Shown here piece after piece: positions 13,167 through 26,069 of a stretch of DNA of 64,000 nucleotides. The DNA lies in assembly GCF_006345805.1 (NCBI RefSeq), contig NC_042999.1:120342001-120406000 (forward strand), in the 5' to 3' direction. Position 1 is the stretch's first letter; every line of letters begins with the position of its first letter. Under the pieces are notes generated by a model, which was not told where the DNA came from, did no database searches, and saw only the letters and a program-made list of their open reading frames with translations. Both the position numbers and the translations under genes were made by a program. This stretch comes from Octopus sinensis. Taxonomy: Eukaryota.

Positions 13167-13290
13167 GCATACATATATGTATATTCATATATATACATGG
13201 GTTAACGTACATACATATATATTTTATATATATGTCAATGTGTATATATTTATACATTCTCACATACATACATGTAAAATCATATATATA
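13035..13290. repeat. (TA)n-rich low-complexity tract
   Basis: Directly visible. Confidence 0.95.
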
Positions 13291-13385
13291 TTTGAATGGA
13301 TTGACATATTCTAAATTATCATCAGTCGATTTTCTGCCAGTATTTTATAATACTGCTATAATTTACACTGTACACAAACGAACTG

Positions 13386-13422
13386 TCTTCTTCTTCTTCT
13401 TCTTCTTCTTCTTCTTCTTCTT

Positions 13423-13492
<70 letters not shown>

Positions 13493-13580
13493 TGCTTCTT
13501 TTTCTTCTTCTTCTTATTATTATTATTATTATTATTATTATTCTGCTTCTTTTTCTTCTTCTTCTTCTTATTATTATTAT
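13386..13580. repeat. Compound (TTC)n/(TTA)n microsatellite at the 3' end of the Dong/R4 copy
   Basis: Three alternating TTC/TTA blocks. Confidence 0.95.
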
Positions 13581-14200
13581 CAATATTGTTTTCATTACCA
13601 TCTTTCAATCCTGTTTCTATTTCTTGCCGAGTGTCTTTTTGACACATAGGGCAGAGAAATGCACTGTATGCATTGGTAGGCCATTAAAATAAACACGCCA
13701 TATTGGTCATTTACAATGTCATGTGATAGAGAAAAGGACGAAAACAGAAAGAAAAGGGAAAAATACAAAAGTAATCAAAGAAAATAAGTAAGAAAAATGG
13801 AAGGAAAATTCACAGCGACAATGCTCCTTTCAATACGTGTGACGTACCTGTTAATACAAACTTTTACATTTCCTGCATGGATGGTAAAACAGGGATCATT
13901 CTTAAATAATTTTCAGTTCATTTTTTATCATTCTACGCGCTCCTACAATCACTGGTATTGTAACCGTCTTGAGATGCCGCATCTTTTCGATTTCATTTAG
14001 CAAATATTTATATTTTTTGAGCTTATCAAATTCTTTTGCCAAGATATCATGTTCACAGTGTATGCTCATGTCAATCACTAAACAGACTTTATTGTTTTGG
14101 TCTTTCATAACACTATCTGGTTTATTTGCTTTCATGGTCCGAACAGTACATAATGGGAAGTTCCAAATAATAGAATAATAGTAACATTTTCTCCCTCAGT
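13580..14200 (-). mobile_element. Dong/R4-clade LINE 3' end (REL endonuclease)
   Basis: KANKPDSV..DQNNKVCLVIDMSI..E..KLKKYKYL..EIEKMRHLKTVTIPVIVGA, then ..VLTGTSHVL. Confidence 0.88.
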
Positions 14201-14269
14201 TACAGCCCCAGGGTGGTGCTTGTACCATTTGTCAGCAGTTTTGATTTTATAATGCCGACACATTATCTT

Positions 14270-14760
14270 TTGTGAAAGTTACCAGCATGTTGCAGAAACA
14301 TATCCTCGTTTCAAACGAATATTTCCTCAGCCGCCTATCGTAGCATTTAGACGGAATAAAAATATAACAGAAGTATTGACCTCTGTTTCTGACTCCATAA
14401 AAACTAACACTGGAGTATTTGCACGCCGTACCACGCCGTACGCAAAGGCAGTAAGACCTGTTCCTTGTGTAACAACATATGTCAAGTGAATTCCATCAGG
14501 AATCAGGACAGACACATTAGGATTTATAAAGAAGGTGAGACATGAAGAGATTCCCATTTGGGGGCACAGATATGACGTCGGGCAAAATAACAGTAGTTCG
14601 ACAAAACTTGCCGAACATTTTGCTTCAAACGACTGCAATTTTGAAAAACTTGAAAGTGCATATTCTGAATCTGCTTCACTCTCAATACTTAAAATGCATG
14701 AGGAAAAATATGTTTACGGGTTATTAACACGACACCTTGGAGGAATGAAAAAATGACAGG
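14270..14760 (+). mobile_element. Penelope-like element fragment (linker plus GIY-YIG C-terminal half)
   Basis: YPRFKRIFPQPPIVAFRRNKNI, a Cys cluster, then HRYDV...LAEHF...EEKYVYGLLTRHLGGM. This matches PLE PP(I/M)VAFRR.KN and HF...E..WI..L.T..P.GLN motifs. Confidence 0.75.
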
Positions 14761-15099
14761 AGAATATCATCAAACTTACACAAAACTGTTTGGTTAAATA
14801 TTTTTCTTTCCTTTTCTTTTTTACCACATTTCCCCTTTCTTTCTGTTCGCCAGTTATAAAATTAAAACTTAACGACTGATGGTGTAATTTCATCAACGAG
14901 TGGACTCTAGTTGCTCTCGTTCGTACTTTAGATTTGGATTTCTGTAATTTTGAAATCTTATTACATTGTATTTTGAAGTCGACAAAGACAGGCTTGCTGT
15001 CCAAATATTGTTGAACCAATAAAATATCTATTGCAATCGCATTGCGCTCTTCGTCTTGTCTGTTTACCTTTGGGAAGAGTTACATCAATCCGTTTAAAA

Positions 15100-15718
15100 T
15101 ATTATTATTATTATTATTATTCTATGTTTGACTTTTGCTTTATATTTGTACAAGTTGGCTCCAAGTCTCACCCAGAGACCTCAAGAGACAACAGGTTGGA
15201 AGTTCATGTTGTTGTTATGCCTAGTGTGCCGTATATTTGGGGGGGGGGGGTTGGTGTTGTAAAAAAAAATTTTTTTTTTTTTTTTTTAAAACCGAAAATT
15301 ATGTTTGTTTTAAACCTTGAGATTACATAGAAAGTATTTTGCGTAGGATATGAGCAGTTCCCATGAGCACTATCTTTTGAATTTCTGCCATTTTTGGGTT
15401 TCCTGGTATCTGAGTTAGGTAGCTATCAGCCCCTTTTGCTATCATTCCCAGGGCACCTATGACAACAGGTATTGTTTTAGTCTTCAGGTTCCACATTTTT
15501 CTGATTTCTATTTCAAGATCTTTATATTTGCTCAGTTTTTGGTAGGTCTTGACAGATACGTTTATATCGATTGGGACAGTCATATCAATGAGGAGGCATG
15601 TTCTTTGTTTGAAGTCTTTCAATATGATGTCTGGCCTATTTGCATCTATCTTTCTGTCAGTTTGAATGGTGAAGTTCCAGAGGAGTGAGATGTGGTCATT
15701 TTCAAGCACTGGGGGTGG
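15100..15718 (-). mobile_element. Dong/R4-clade LINE 3' end with UTR and (AAT)n tail
   Basis: VLENDHISLLWNFTIQTDRKIDANRPDII..CLLIDMTVP.D..K..K..KYKDL..VPVVIGALG..GTAHILRKILSM*; little decayed. Confidence 0.95.
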
Positions 15719-15734
15719 TTTGTGTTCCCACCAG

Positions 15735-15756
15735 TTTTTATTATTATTATTATTAT

Positions 15757-15829
<73 letters not shown>

Positions 15830-15830
15830 T
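15735..15830. repeat. (TTA)n(GTA)n microsatellite at the 5' boundary of the Dong/R4 copy
   Basis: Directly visible. Confidence 0.95.
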
Positions 15831-16114
15831 AACCGCCACAAGTATTTTAACAGCACAACAGTTTTATGTGTTTTGGGGCTAGTTTCAAATGCAGTTGCAA
15901 AATTTTTTCTTGTATCGTTTTCCTTCGATCGACGGTAAAACGTTCACGAAATTGTGAAGCACACACAAGATTTTAAAACTATTTGTATACCCACCATCGA
16001 TTGAAGTGGCAGTAAAAGAACGTATCCTGAAGCTCTAAGTAACATGTAACGCATCCCAACACGCACAGACGCCAAACTAAAAGTCTGATATTTAGTAAAT
16101 ACAAGTAAATAAGC

Positions 16115-16430
16115 TACCACTCTTTCGGTTACGACGACGAGTGTTCCAGTTGATCTGATCAATGGAACAGTCTGCTTATGAAATTAACTTAGTGCAAGTG
16201 GCTGGGCACTCCACAAGCATATGTACCTTTAACGCAGTTCTCAAGGAGATTCAGCGTGACTTAGTAATTTACAAGATTAGCCCTTTGAATTGAAGGTAAA
16301 CCCAATTTTGAAATAGAGCAACGTGAAATAAAGGATGTTTCTCAAGGACACAATGTACCGTCTGGAATCGAACTCACGACGATACGATCATGAGCAAAAT
16401 ACTGTAACCACTAAGCTATGTTCCTTCACG
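16115..16430 (-). mobile_element. tRNA-derived SINE with a conserved central domain (Nin/Ceph-type likely)
   Basis: Minus-strand B-box GAGTTCGATTCC near 16365-16376. The body GTTCCAGTTGATC.GATCAA.GGAACAG.CTGCT..TGAAATTAAC..GCAAGTGGCTG.GCACTCC is recalled from mollusc SINEs; the family name is not verified. Confidence 0.7.
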
Positions 16431-18304
16431 TAAGGACATATATTTGAAGGTTGGCTCACAGTTTTAGATGTGTAGCCAGCAAACCGAACCGCTTGATACA
16501 GGTCAGGGACAGAAAAAAGAGAATAACCTAGGAAAGTATTGTTACAAGAAACACTGCCAGAAGCATTTCCTATCTTTCATTACCTCCAGAAAAATGAAAA
16601 GTGGATTTGACTTTCACCCTCACGGACGATACAGTATACTGTTTGCTTGCTGCATCCACGCACATAAGCAATATTGCAATATGCAAGAAGAGAGAATACA
16701 AGGGTCACAGACCAGTATATTGGTAGTTACGCTGAGATAGGCTCGTTGTCCTTTTGAAGTAAAATATAGACAACTAGTAAGTGGAGAGGTGGGACTTACA
16801 TTAACATGCAAGTGTTGATGATCAGCTGACATTGCAAGCATTGAATTGTACACCACAGGTTAGTACCTAAATAACAAAGACGCTATTAGATTGGTAGCGC
16901 AGAGCAGATAGCCAATATTCTCTACATGTGTAAGATATGAGGACATTTTGCTCTGAAACATTGGAGATGAAGTTGGAGTAAAACTTTAGTGAAAGTAACA
17001 CCCCTGATACAGTAGTTCCGAAAATACCAAATCAAACAGAATTTCGTTTTCAAAGATAGGTGCTGATGACCAGGACGATTTAGAGCCCGAATCATTTGCT
17101 CTAAACGATAATTCCGCTCTGATGGGTAACAAATACAACCTAAATTGAACGGCATACTGTCGTAGACAGTTTAAACGTGTTAAACAAAACTATAATGGAG
17201 AGGTGGATGGATGCAGGGAGCTAGACCGAAGACATGCATGGTAAACCAAGAGGAGGAAATTATTTACTAAGAAGCCATAACATTCACAACTTTTAGAAGG
17301 GAGAATGAAGATCTTGTATATCATCAAAATCACCTTAAGAAGTATTTGGTAAGATTAAGGAGTCCAACAATAATACTTGTAAACTTCTCTGTTCGCATGT
17401 ATTTCTAGTCCCCTAGATTAGAGGAAACGTCAGCTAAATATGGTGAACTTTACCCTCCCATGTATGGGTAAAATAACCTTTTTATTCGAATCATTGTTCA
17501 TTTATGTGTGTATTGTTATCTATATTTACTGATACTTTTAATCTTATGGTATATATTGTTATGTTTAATAAATGGGCTCTGGTGACAAATGAATTGAATA
17601 GGTTATAATGATTATGAAGCTATGGGAAAAAACTCTTGTCGAACCCAATCGATATTCCTGTAACCTAAAGATATGGCATAAAATAAGCTATTTGCACCAA
17701 TTCACTCATAGTCCACAATTGTTCTCTCTCACTTGGGAACCTTTTTTCTCTCTTCTAGAAATAGATGTCAACCAAACTTCTTGCATTATTTAGTAACGCA
17801 CTCTCTCTCCTCGATGTTGCCTTAAGTGTTCACAAAATGCAAAATATCCTGCACTTAGGTTTGGATACAATTCTGTTTCTTCCTGGTAATGTCTTTACCC
17901 TCTGATTTTTTCATTTATTCATAGATTTTATTGAAATATATTCATATGTCTATAGTTTTAACTAAACGTTAATAAGTAAACAGCCTGAAGCTATACTCGC
18001 CAATTTTCTCTGTAATTTAGGAATAGAACTCAGTTTGCCAGTATTTTATTTCGTTTAATCTCATCAAATTTCTCAGGTGATATTGTTGAAAATAAAAGTT
18101 TCACAATAAATTTTCCTCTAAGCAATTCATCTGCTCAATCCGAATACGCAAAATATTAGGTTCTCTGTTTCTACATTTTATGTAATGTTTGAAACATTTT
18201 AAAACAACAAGCCGATATTTTTTTCATTCAGGTTTGTACATTATTGAAATGCTGTACTGGAAGTAATAATGTAAAGTAAGTCTTAAGGTTAAAAATATTT
18301 CTGT

Positions 18305-18342
18305 CAATATCGGTTTTCAAATTATATATATATATATGTGTG

Positions 18343-18385
<43 letters not shown>
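18305..18385. repeat. (TA)n/(TG)n microsatellite
   Basis: Directly visible. Confidence 0.95.
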
Positions 18386-18388
<3 letters not shown>

Positions 18389-18699
18389 ATGCAATAATTC
18401 CGGATCGTTAAAGTGATTAATATTACAGTATATATTACACTATTCAAATTTAATCATATTACGATATGTATGAAAGTAATTTAATGTGATTGTGTATAGC
18501 ATATAGAAAACAGTTATCAATAAAGATATGGTAAAATAGAAAATATAAGGTCTTAACAAAATTGATATTGGAGTAATCTATGGCAATGTTGAATGATTTA
18601 CATATAACTCATTGTGCGAGAGAGAATGGAAATGGAATTGAGCGTCCAATATACAAGCACGACTTAAACTGAGTCTCGCTATAGAGGTAGGACAACACG

Positions 18700-19350
18700 A
18701 TATATTGTCAATAAGTTAACTAATTTAGGAATTATGCGAATTTCCTCTTGGTGTTGGTGGAACACTTGTCCAACTGACCGACTTAAGTGATGCACACGCA
18801 TTTCCCTATCACGTGCCGAAACAATGTGTGACCTAATTTGAGTTCTTTACGATACCATTGCATGCCATAACATTGTTATGTATTATGATACCACTGTATA
18901 TTACGTTATACATCCTTTACGTTTATAGGAAATCAAAGGAATTTCACCATGGTTGAATTGTTGCTTTTTCGAAGACCAACGACACGGAAAATATAATAGC
19001 ACGGATTTGGCAGTTGCAATGAGCAGCTTCATTTCGAGTTCCAGACCTGCTTTAGTTGGTGGCAAGCTGTCCATGCTTGTGCCTTCGTGATCATCCCGAA
19101 AGTTAGCGAGAATGTCAGGCAAAGACGGTTACAATTATCTGGTCCCAACGTGCGCCACCCTGATCTGAAAGGATCCAAATTAGTCTTGTAAAACCAACTT
19201 CATGGTGATGTAAGAAGAGGTAAATGTCCTCACACATCGACAACGTAATTCTAGAAGCCTACCTTGAATGCATCCAGGACCTCATGGCAGTGATGATGTA
19301 CCGAGAAGAGTGGTTGTTGATTTTGTTTCTGCGGCCCGGGTTAGAACATA
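18700..19350 (+). mobile_element. Degenerate RTE-clade LINE 3' portion
   Basis: PKVSENVRQRRLQLSGPNVRHPDLKGSKLVL*NQLHGDVRRG ... DLMAVMMYREEW resembles RTE RRL..AGH..RH...S.LVLW.P.HG...RGR...DR..W. Confidence 0.7.
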
Positions 19351-19479
19351 TCCATAATAACAACAAATAATGCTTAAGTTATAAATATTACAGTATTAGT
19401 ATCATCTTGATATGACGCACATTTAGAGAATGAAAAGAAAATAGCAAGCGATAAGCATCTTCAGACTAAATGGAAGAAA

Positions 19480-20290
19480 ACAATATATTTATTTTGCACC
19501 ATGGTCTGACATTTACTTCCGGAAACAACGAACACACACCAACGTATTTGCTTGATTTGAAGCAACATTTTGACGCTTGACAATCATAACATTGTGAAAT
19601 GAGAAATGTTGCTACAAAGCAAGTTTTGTGCACGAATTAACCTGCACGGTCTCTGAAAGTCAATTGGAAGCATCGGAAGATTATGTACGAAAATTCGGAA
19701 TTCCTGTTCTGCTTCAAAGAAAGGACGTAAAAACTTTCGCACACGACTTGAATCACAAATAATAAGAAAGCATATAACATTGGTGAAGACTTTCTAGCAG
19801 CAGCGTTTGGAATGAATGAATGAAGTTTTTATCGGGTCATAAACCAGTTGACAAATTAAGAAAGATCTCAATGTTAAATCAAACCGCGGTAAGATGACTT
19901 TTGATAATTAACAATGACCAACTCAAGAAGAAGTTCAAAATTTGCTATTCAACTGAATGTATCGACTGATATTGCAATCAGGGCACATCTACTGCCATGT
20001 CAGATATAGTTGCAATAAATGTGTTCATAACGAGAACAAGAATAGACCTTAACACAATTTTTCTTAGTCTTATGGTAGATGTATTTATTACTATCAGATT
20101 TAGTTATGAAATCGGTTCTACCATTTTCTCTTCTACTTCTTTGCACAAAGCATTTTTAGGACTGACAAGAGTTAAAATAAAATATCTCTCAAATCTGAAA
20201 CAGTCGCATGTGCCTTGAAACCACTTCAAACGTACACTGAGAGACAATTTAAGTTGTGAGAAAATATGCGATCACTTTAATTTCATTGAA
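19480..20290 (+). mobile_element. hAT (Charlie/ZBED5-like) transposon fossil, internally deleted
   Basis: KKAYNIGEDFL.AA (vs KKPHTIGE.LI.PAA) and SKFAIQLNVSTDIAIRAHLL (vs FALQLDESTDI...A.LL). A short C-terminal remnant lies near 20190-20220. Confidence 0.7.
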
Positions 20291-21004
20291 ATATTTTTGA
20301 TTTATATTTTGTTGTTTATAATTTTAAAATATTTGCAATCTTTAGATGCTGCCCAAAATCATTTCTATACTATATCAGTCCCAGTTATCTTTACAGCAAA
20401 AGCTGTAGGTGGTTTTGAAAGGGATATTTTTGACTCGGAAGGGCAACAAATAGAAAGGGTTTGTGAAATCATGATATACAAGACATGTTTTCAAGGAATG
20501 AAGTGATTGAGAGATGCTGTAATAGAGAAAGAGGTGTAAACTGTTTCTTCGTTTTCTCACTGAACCTTATTTTCAACGCTCTAGGTATTAAAATCTACTT
20601 TCATGAAGACTATTTGCGCTTTCCTTCCCTCTCTCTCTACACCCTCTCTTTCTCTCTGTCTTTCTCTGTCTCTCTGTTGCTGCCGTCTCTCTCTTTATCT
20701 CTCTCTCTCAAATTAAATTTGCATGTGTGCATCTCTTCCTCTCTCTCAGGCTTATCTTCTCTCTTATTTTCGATCAGATTTTCTCTTTTTAATCTATGAA
20801 CTGATCCCATTTTCTGCAGAGTGGAACAAGTGAATATATTACAAAGTGGTCGGATTTTATGACTGGAAATCGAAAATTTAAAGCATTGATTACAGTGTTA
20901 GCACATATATCAATATATATGTGATATATCCCACGTCGTGACTTCGTGGGATGAGGCTATTTGTTTTGTAATTGCGTAATAAAATGCAGATAATCCCACA
21001 GACA

Positions 21005-21005
21005 C

Positions 21006-21066
<61 letters not shown>

Positions 21067-21125
21067 TATATATTATATATATTATATATAAAACAGAGTT
21101 TGTATGTGTGTGTGTGTGTGTGTGT
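21005..21125. repeat. (TA)n/(TG)n microsatellite
   Basis: Directly visible. Confidence 0.95.
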
Positions 21126-21961
21126 ACGTATGTTCTTTATGCATTCCAAAAACCGAGTTGCCGATTTTGACGTTAGACCGATGACAGACAAGTACATGTG
21201 CGTGTCGGCGTATGTGTATGTCAGTATACATACATTTTTGTGACGACCGACACACACAGGGACAGAGATGGGTTTCAGCTGTACGTCAATGTGTGTGTTT
21301 GCCTTAGCTTACGTATGTAACTTTCTTCCGCCCAATAGTGAAACACGCGAAAGTTTATTTGCGTCTGGACTTTAAACAAACAACAGCATTCACTTTGAAG
21401 TACTACCAGCATGAAGATTTGACTGATTGAATACCACTCACAATATTCGCAAATATATCTGAAGAAAAAATTATTCTGGTTATTATAACAAATTCGGTAG
21501 CTTGGCGAATTAGAAAGCCTCAACGGCTCTTTTGATATAATTACATAAATGTTATTCCACTTCTTCTAACCAGTTTCAGTCCTTGTATTCTTCATTACTG
21601 TGAGTATCAACGTCGTACAATCTTTTTACTGCGTTAGTCAGTATTTATTCTACAGCCTATAAAGTTACACTGTTAAAAAATATGTAGTAATGTCAAATTA
21701 ATTTATATCTTGCTACATACATCCTTCAGCAAATATTTTAAATTAACGTTACAACAGCATCCTCCTTTCTATACACTTGATTCAACGCTCGTTTCAAAAT
21801 TGTAAAATAAATTCTTTTTTGTATGAAAATTTGAATAATGCCATCTTAATTTTCTTGGACTTTCACTTTCTTCACCGTGATATTCAATCGTGAATTTTAT
21901 AACATTTAGTACATGTTCCAAATAAATGTTGACATTCTGTACTTTGTTACATTGTTGACGC

Positions 21962-22120
21962 ATAGTAACTTTTGCTAAATTGGGGACTTTCCATCTTTTG
22001 TAGCATAACTATGTTACAGAAAGTATGTTTTGCACCTACATTGACTGCAATTAGTAACTTTTGTTAAATTGGTGACTTTCCATTTTTTATAGCATAACTA
22101 TGCTACAGAAAATATGTTTA
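21962..22120. repeat. Two-copy tandem repeat, ~89-bp period
   Basis: TAGTAACTTTTG.TAAATTGG.GACTTTCCAT.TTTT.TAGCATAACTATG.TACAGAAA.TATGTTT occurs twice. Confidence 0.85.
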
Positions 22121-22234
22121 ACATAACTTTTGATAAAAAAGGGTTCCTTATGCACATTAAGATACGGTAATTACGTAAATAAAATAGCGACAGCAAAAAT
22201 CAATAGCAATAATAATAATAATAACAATAATAAT

Positions 22235-22455
22235 ACTGGTTTTTCAAATTTTGGCACAAGGCCAGCAATTTCGGAGAGGGAGTACTAAGTCGATTACATC
22301 GACCTCAGTACTCAACTGATATTTACTTTTTCGTCTCCGAAAGGATGAAAGCCAAAGTCAACCTGAGAGAAATTTGGCCTCAGTAAAGCAAAGAAGGACG
22401 AAATGCAGCTAGGCATTTTGATCGGCGCGCTACCGATTCTGCCAGCTCTCTTCCT
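22235..22455 (-). mobile_element. tRNA-derived SINE
   Basis: Minus-strand head GAGCTGGCAGAATCGG. Same family as 36082 and 43373. Flanked by (AAT)n and (TAG)n. Confidence 0.85.

Positions 22456-22522
<67 letters not shown>
22456..22522. repeat. (TAG)n microsatellite
   Basis: Directly visible. Confidence 0.97.
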
Positions 22523-22523
<1 letters not shown>

Positions 22524-23060
22524 AAGCGGGACAAATGACGTATTATATTTAGATTACCATGTTCTCCGTAAAATTAAAGGCAGAAAGGAAAACTTAGTAA
22601 CTGCATTGATTGATTGCCAAAAGGCATGATACTCTGCCGCCCTAAAATACATCAAGATATACGGGATGGTTGAGAGCGTTGTCCAGTTCTTACAAAATAG
22701 TATGCCAAAATGTAGCTCTGTGCTAACATCAGGTGCAGATCAGTTACGCGAAATAAGCAAAGGAAGGGTTAAAACCCAAGGTGATACATTCTCACCGCTG
22801 TTATTCATAGTTGCTCTTGTCTCTTTTTCATTGGCATTGAAACAGGCTAAATCATGCTACGAAAACAAATTACCTCCTGTTTAAAGGATGACTTAAACTT
22901 AATATACCGAAAGTGAGATAGCCTTAGATTCTCGGTCCACACTTGTTAATGATGAAATTAGTTTTAAGTTAGGATTAGATGAATGCACCGTGCTAGTAAT
23001 AACGAGAGAAAAATATCCAAATAAGAAGGGATTAAACTCCTTGATGAAATATCAGTCAGA
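22523..23060 (+). mobile_element. Dong/R4-clade LINE RT fragment, degenerate
   Basis: A remnant of AWIDYKKAYD..PH, then QGDTFSPLLFIVALVSFSLAL and a DDLKL-like segment. Confidence 0.7.
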
Positions 23061-23063
23061 GTA

Positions 23064-23200
23064 ATGAACGAGCCGGGAGGAAAATTTTCACGCGTACGTA
23101 GGAAGGGTAACATCATCTCCCAACCAAAGTATTTTTCTCACGTGGCATTAGCTTTTTGGAGGAAAAATAAAGTCGGATACTTTTTGAACGCACCTTGTAT
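23064..23200. mobile_element. Tc1/mariner MITE end
   Basis: Ends in AAAGTCGGATACTTTTTGAACGCACCTTGTA, the inverse of a TA-C.AGGT...AAAAGTATCCGACTTT type TIR. Confidence 0.5.
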
Positions 23201-24836
23201 GGTCATTGTTTTCATAGGAGGTTGTATTGTTTCTTTTGAATATTATTTAAACAATATTTGTGAGGTGCCATTTAAATTGAAAAGAATCAAAAGGTTTAGG
23301 GAAATATAGTAAATACTTGACACTTGTTAATGTATATTTCATGTGTGCATTCTTGTGATGAAAAATAGGAATATATTTGTTAAATATTTCAAAATATGGA
23401 GAAGTCGAATGTCGTACGCTGTTATTTAATATATACTGTTACGCACTGGGAACAAATACAAAGTTTTCTGTTGTTAGCCTCGATTGTCTATTTAACGTTA
23501 TTTGTTTACTTTGAATATAAATAGAAGATCAGTCGATTCCTATTATCGCGTTTGAAAATCGGTAATATGCGAAATTAACTTGCAATTTGTGAAATTTTCT
23601 GCTTTAAATAAATTTTATATTAATATATTTCAGTGGATTGTTTTGCTTTTCTTCTTGAATGTTTACACCATTGTCAATTTCCTTCCAATAAATATGACTT
23701 CACTGAGCATGTTTAAATTTGTTCTGCTTTTATATTCTTTTGTTTATCGTTGTTATTCTCTCTCTTCACCCATCTCTCTCTCTCTCTCTTCTCTCTCTCT
23801 GTATCTATCTTTCTATCTATCTATCTCACATAATCCCTTATTATTTGTAACTTAATCGATTTAAACTGTACGCCATATTTCTTTAAGTAATCTATTATTG
23901 AACCATCAATTCAGCTCACTTTGTTGCACTTGGTCTTAAGTACATAATCTTTCAGCTCATTCGAGAATTCTCTATGGTACCCAGTGTCCTATAAGCTCTT
24001 ATCCAGTAAATAAACTGGCGGTGGCGGGGCAGATCATTTGCCATGTTGTTGTTTGTATCACAGCCTTTAAACTTTTCACTGAAGAGCGGAGTGTTCGATT
24101 ATACCTAGCTGTTGCTGTCATCGTGATACGCTTATTATCGGATCTAAAGTGTCTATAGATTACGCTTAGTAGTGAATATTTAGATAAATATATAAAGTGA
24201 TTCAGATGTGGTTTCCACGGTATTATTAGCTATATAAGTGCAAAAAGTTGAAAACGTGTGTACTTAGTTGTATTTTTCCAAATATATATCATCAAGTAAT
24301 CCAAAGAGATACATTGAGAAACAAAAGCAGTTTGGAGTACATTAAAGGTGGATCACAAAAAGATATTTCCTGCCAATATGAAATGGAGCAATCTGATAGA
24401 AATCAGCTGGTCAAATAGATGAAAGTCAGACTGAAACCTCGAAGAGCAAATTATTTCACGCGAGTCACTCATATGAGATTTTTCTAATGCCAAGTGCAAA
24501 GCCATCACTTCCGTTGAAGTTCTCTGGTGGAAGTACCTACTGGTGTGCGATGTAGTAAGGAGGGCATCTTACAGATCTGGCTCTGCAGAGTACACTGTAG
24601 TGTGTTTCTACAGACTGACAGATATTTATCCGGTAGGAACTTTTGAAGTGTTTGCTTCATTACGATAATAGGTACTTGTGGCGAACCAAGCCTGGCATTA
24701 ACAGTTGTGGTATTGTCTAAGTCAATTGTCTTTATCAAAAGGGGAGATCGGTAAGGTTTTCGTACTGGTTCTACGTGAATACAAGGGGTGACAGCAGAGT
24801 GAAAACGTGGCTTTAGGGTAGTTGTTTTTAAGTGTA

Positions 24837-26069
24837 TATGGACAAACATGCAGGAAGTAAATAGACACCTTTAATTTTCAAAATTTCTGATCTAAGCGTC
24901 TCAATATGTTTTCCACGGTCTGGAATTTACAATGTACTTATTCTTTTTCATTACAAGTACCATTATATTAAACAATTGCGAAGGGTAACCACGGCATGCA
25001 CAAAACATTCAGCAAAACTGTCAGATTTTCAAAGAGGTCGTATTGTTGTGCAATTCCTCTTGCTACTGTTAATAGAATTATAGTACAATTCAAAAGCCAA
25101 GGAAAGGAATCAACAGATTCTCGTCCCAGCCGTCCTTGGGCTCTCGGAAAGGAAGCTTCGCTGTTTGAAGAGAATTGTGATAAACAAACCCGGTTCGAAG
25201 GCTTCTGACATTGCAAAACAGCTAGAAGTTAGTCCAAGAACATGTGTTACATATCTGCATAAACTTGGATATTATGGACGAGCAGCTAGAAGAAAACCCC
25301 TCCTTCAACCAATTAATATCATGAAAAGAAAGAAATGGGATAAGTAGATGTCAGAAAAATCCAGTTCATTTTGGGATGGAGTGATTTTCTAAGATGAATT
25401 TGAATCTTTTTTAGAAAGTGGGTATGTTTGGATCTGGAGGCCTCCCAATCAAGAATTTGATTTGAAACGACTCCAACCAACTGTAAAACATGGCGTCATC
25501 TCTGTAATTATATGGGGAGCTGTCAACAGCAATGGTCGTTCTGAGCTCATCGAATGTGTTGCAACAATAAACTCTGAAAAATACATCGAAATACTTAAGC
25601 ATGGTCTACTTTCGTTGTATTCACACGATAACATAACTAAAACTGAGTTTTTATTCATGGAAGATGGGGCTCCATGCCACACAGCGAAAAGGAATCAACA
25701 ATGGCTGACTGAAAATAGGATCAAAAGGCTTACTTGGCCGAACCAATCCCCTGATATGAACCCAACAGAAAATCTTTGGAGCATACTAGATAGAGCAATA
25801 CGAAAACCTCGACAGAAACCTAAATCTAAAGATGAATTCTTTCAATTGGTGCATGAAAAGTGGGCAGAAATTCCACAAGAGACAATCACAAAGCTCATCA
25901 CTTCAATGCTAAAAAGAGTTTTTTCTGAATGAAAAGCTGCAAAAAGAATGTCAACTAAATACTAAAGTATGTTGTCCAACCTATCAATTACTTTTCGGTT
26001 GTTGGCTTTGCGTATTAAATAAAGGATTTTGAAAATTAAATGTACCTATTTACCTCCTGCATTTCTGTG
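24837..26069 (+). mobile_element. Full-length degenerate Tc1-family transposon (DD34E)
   Basis: Imperfect TIRs: ATGCAGGAAGTAAATAGACACCTTTAATTTTCAAAAT and the inverse at ~26026-26069. Transposase pieces: LSDFQRGRIV, RAARRKPLL, PTVKHG..V.IWGA, and MEDGAPCH...WPNQSPDMNPTE with 34 residues between D and E. Frameshifted. Confidence 0.93.

Noticed and set aside
16440-17250. Possible RTE RT fossil
   Set aside because: The similarity is too weak, with no unambiguous motif.
24505-24849. 114-aa minus-strand ORF with a faint pogo/Tigger-like LDN...FLP pattern
   Set aside because: The motif spacing is unconvincing and there are no TIRs or second motif.
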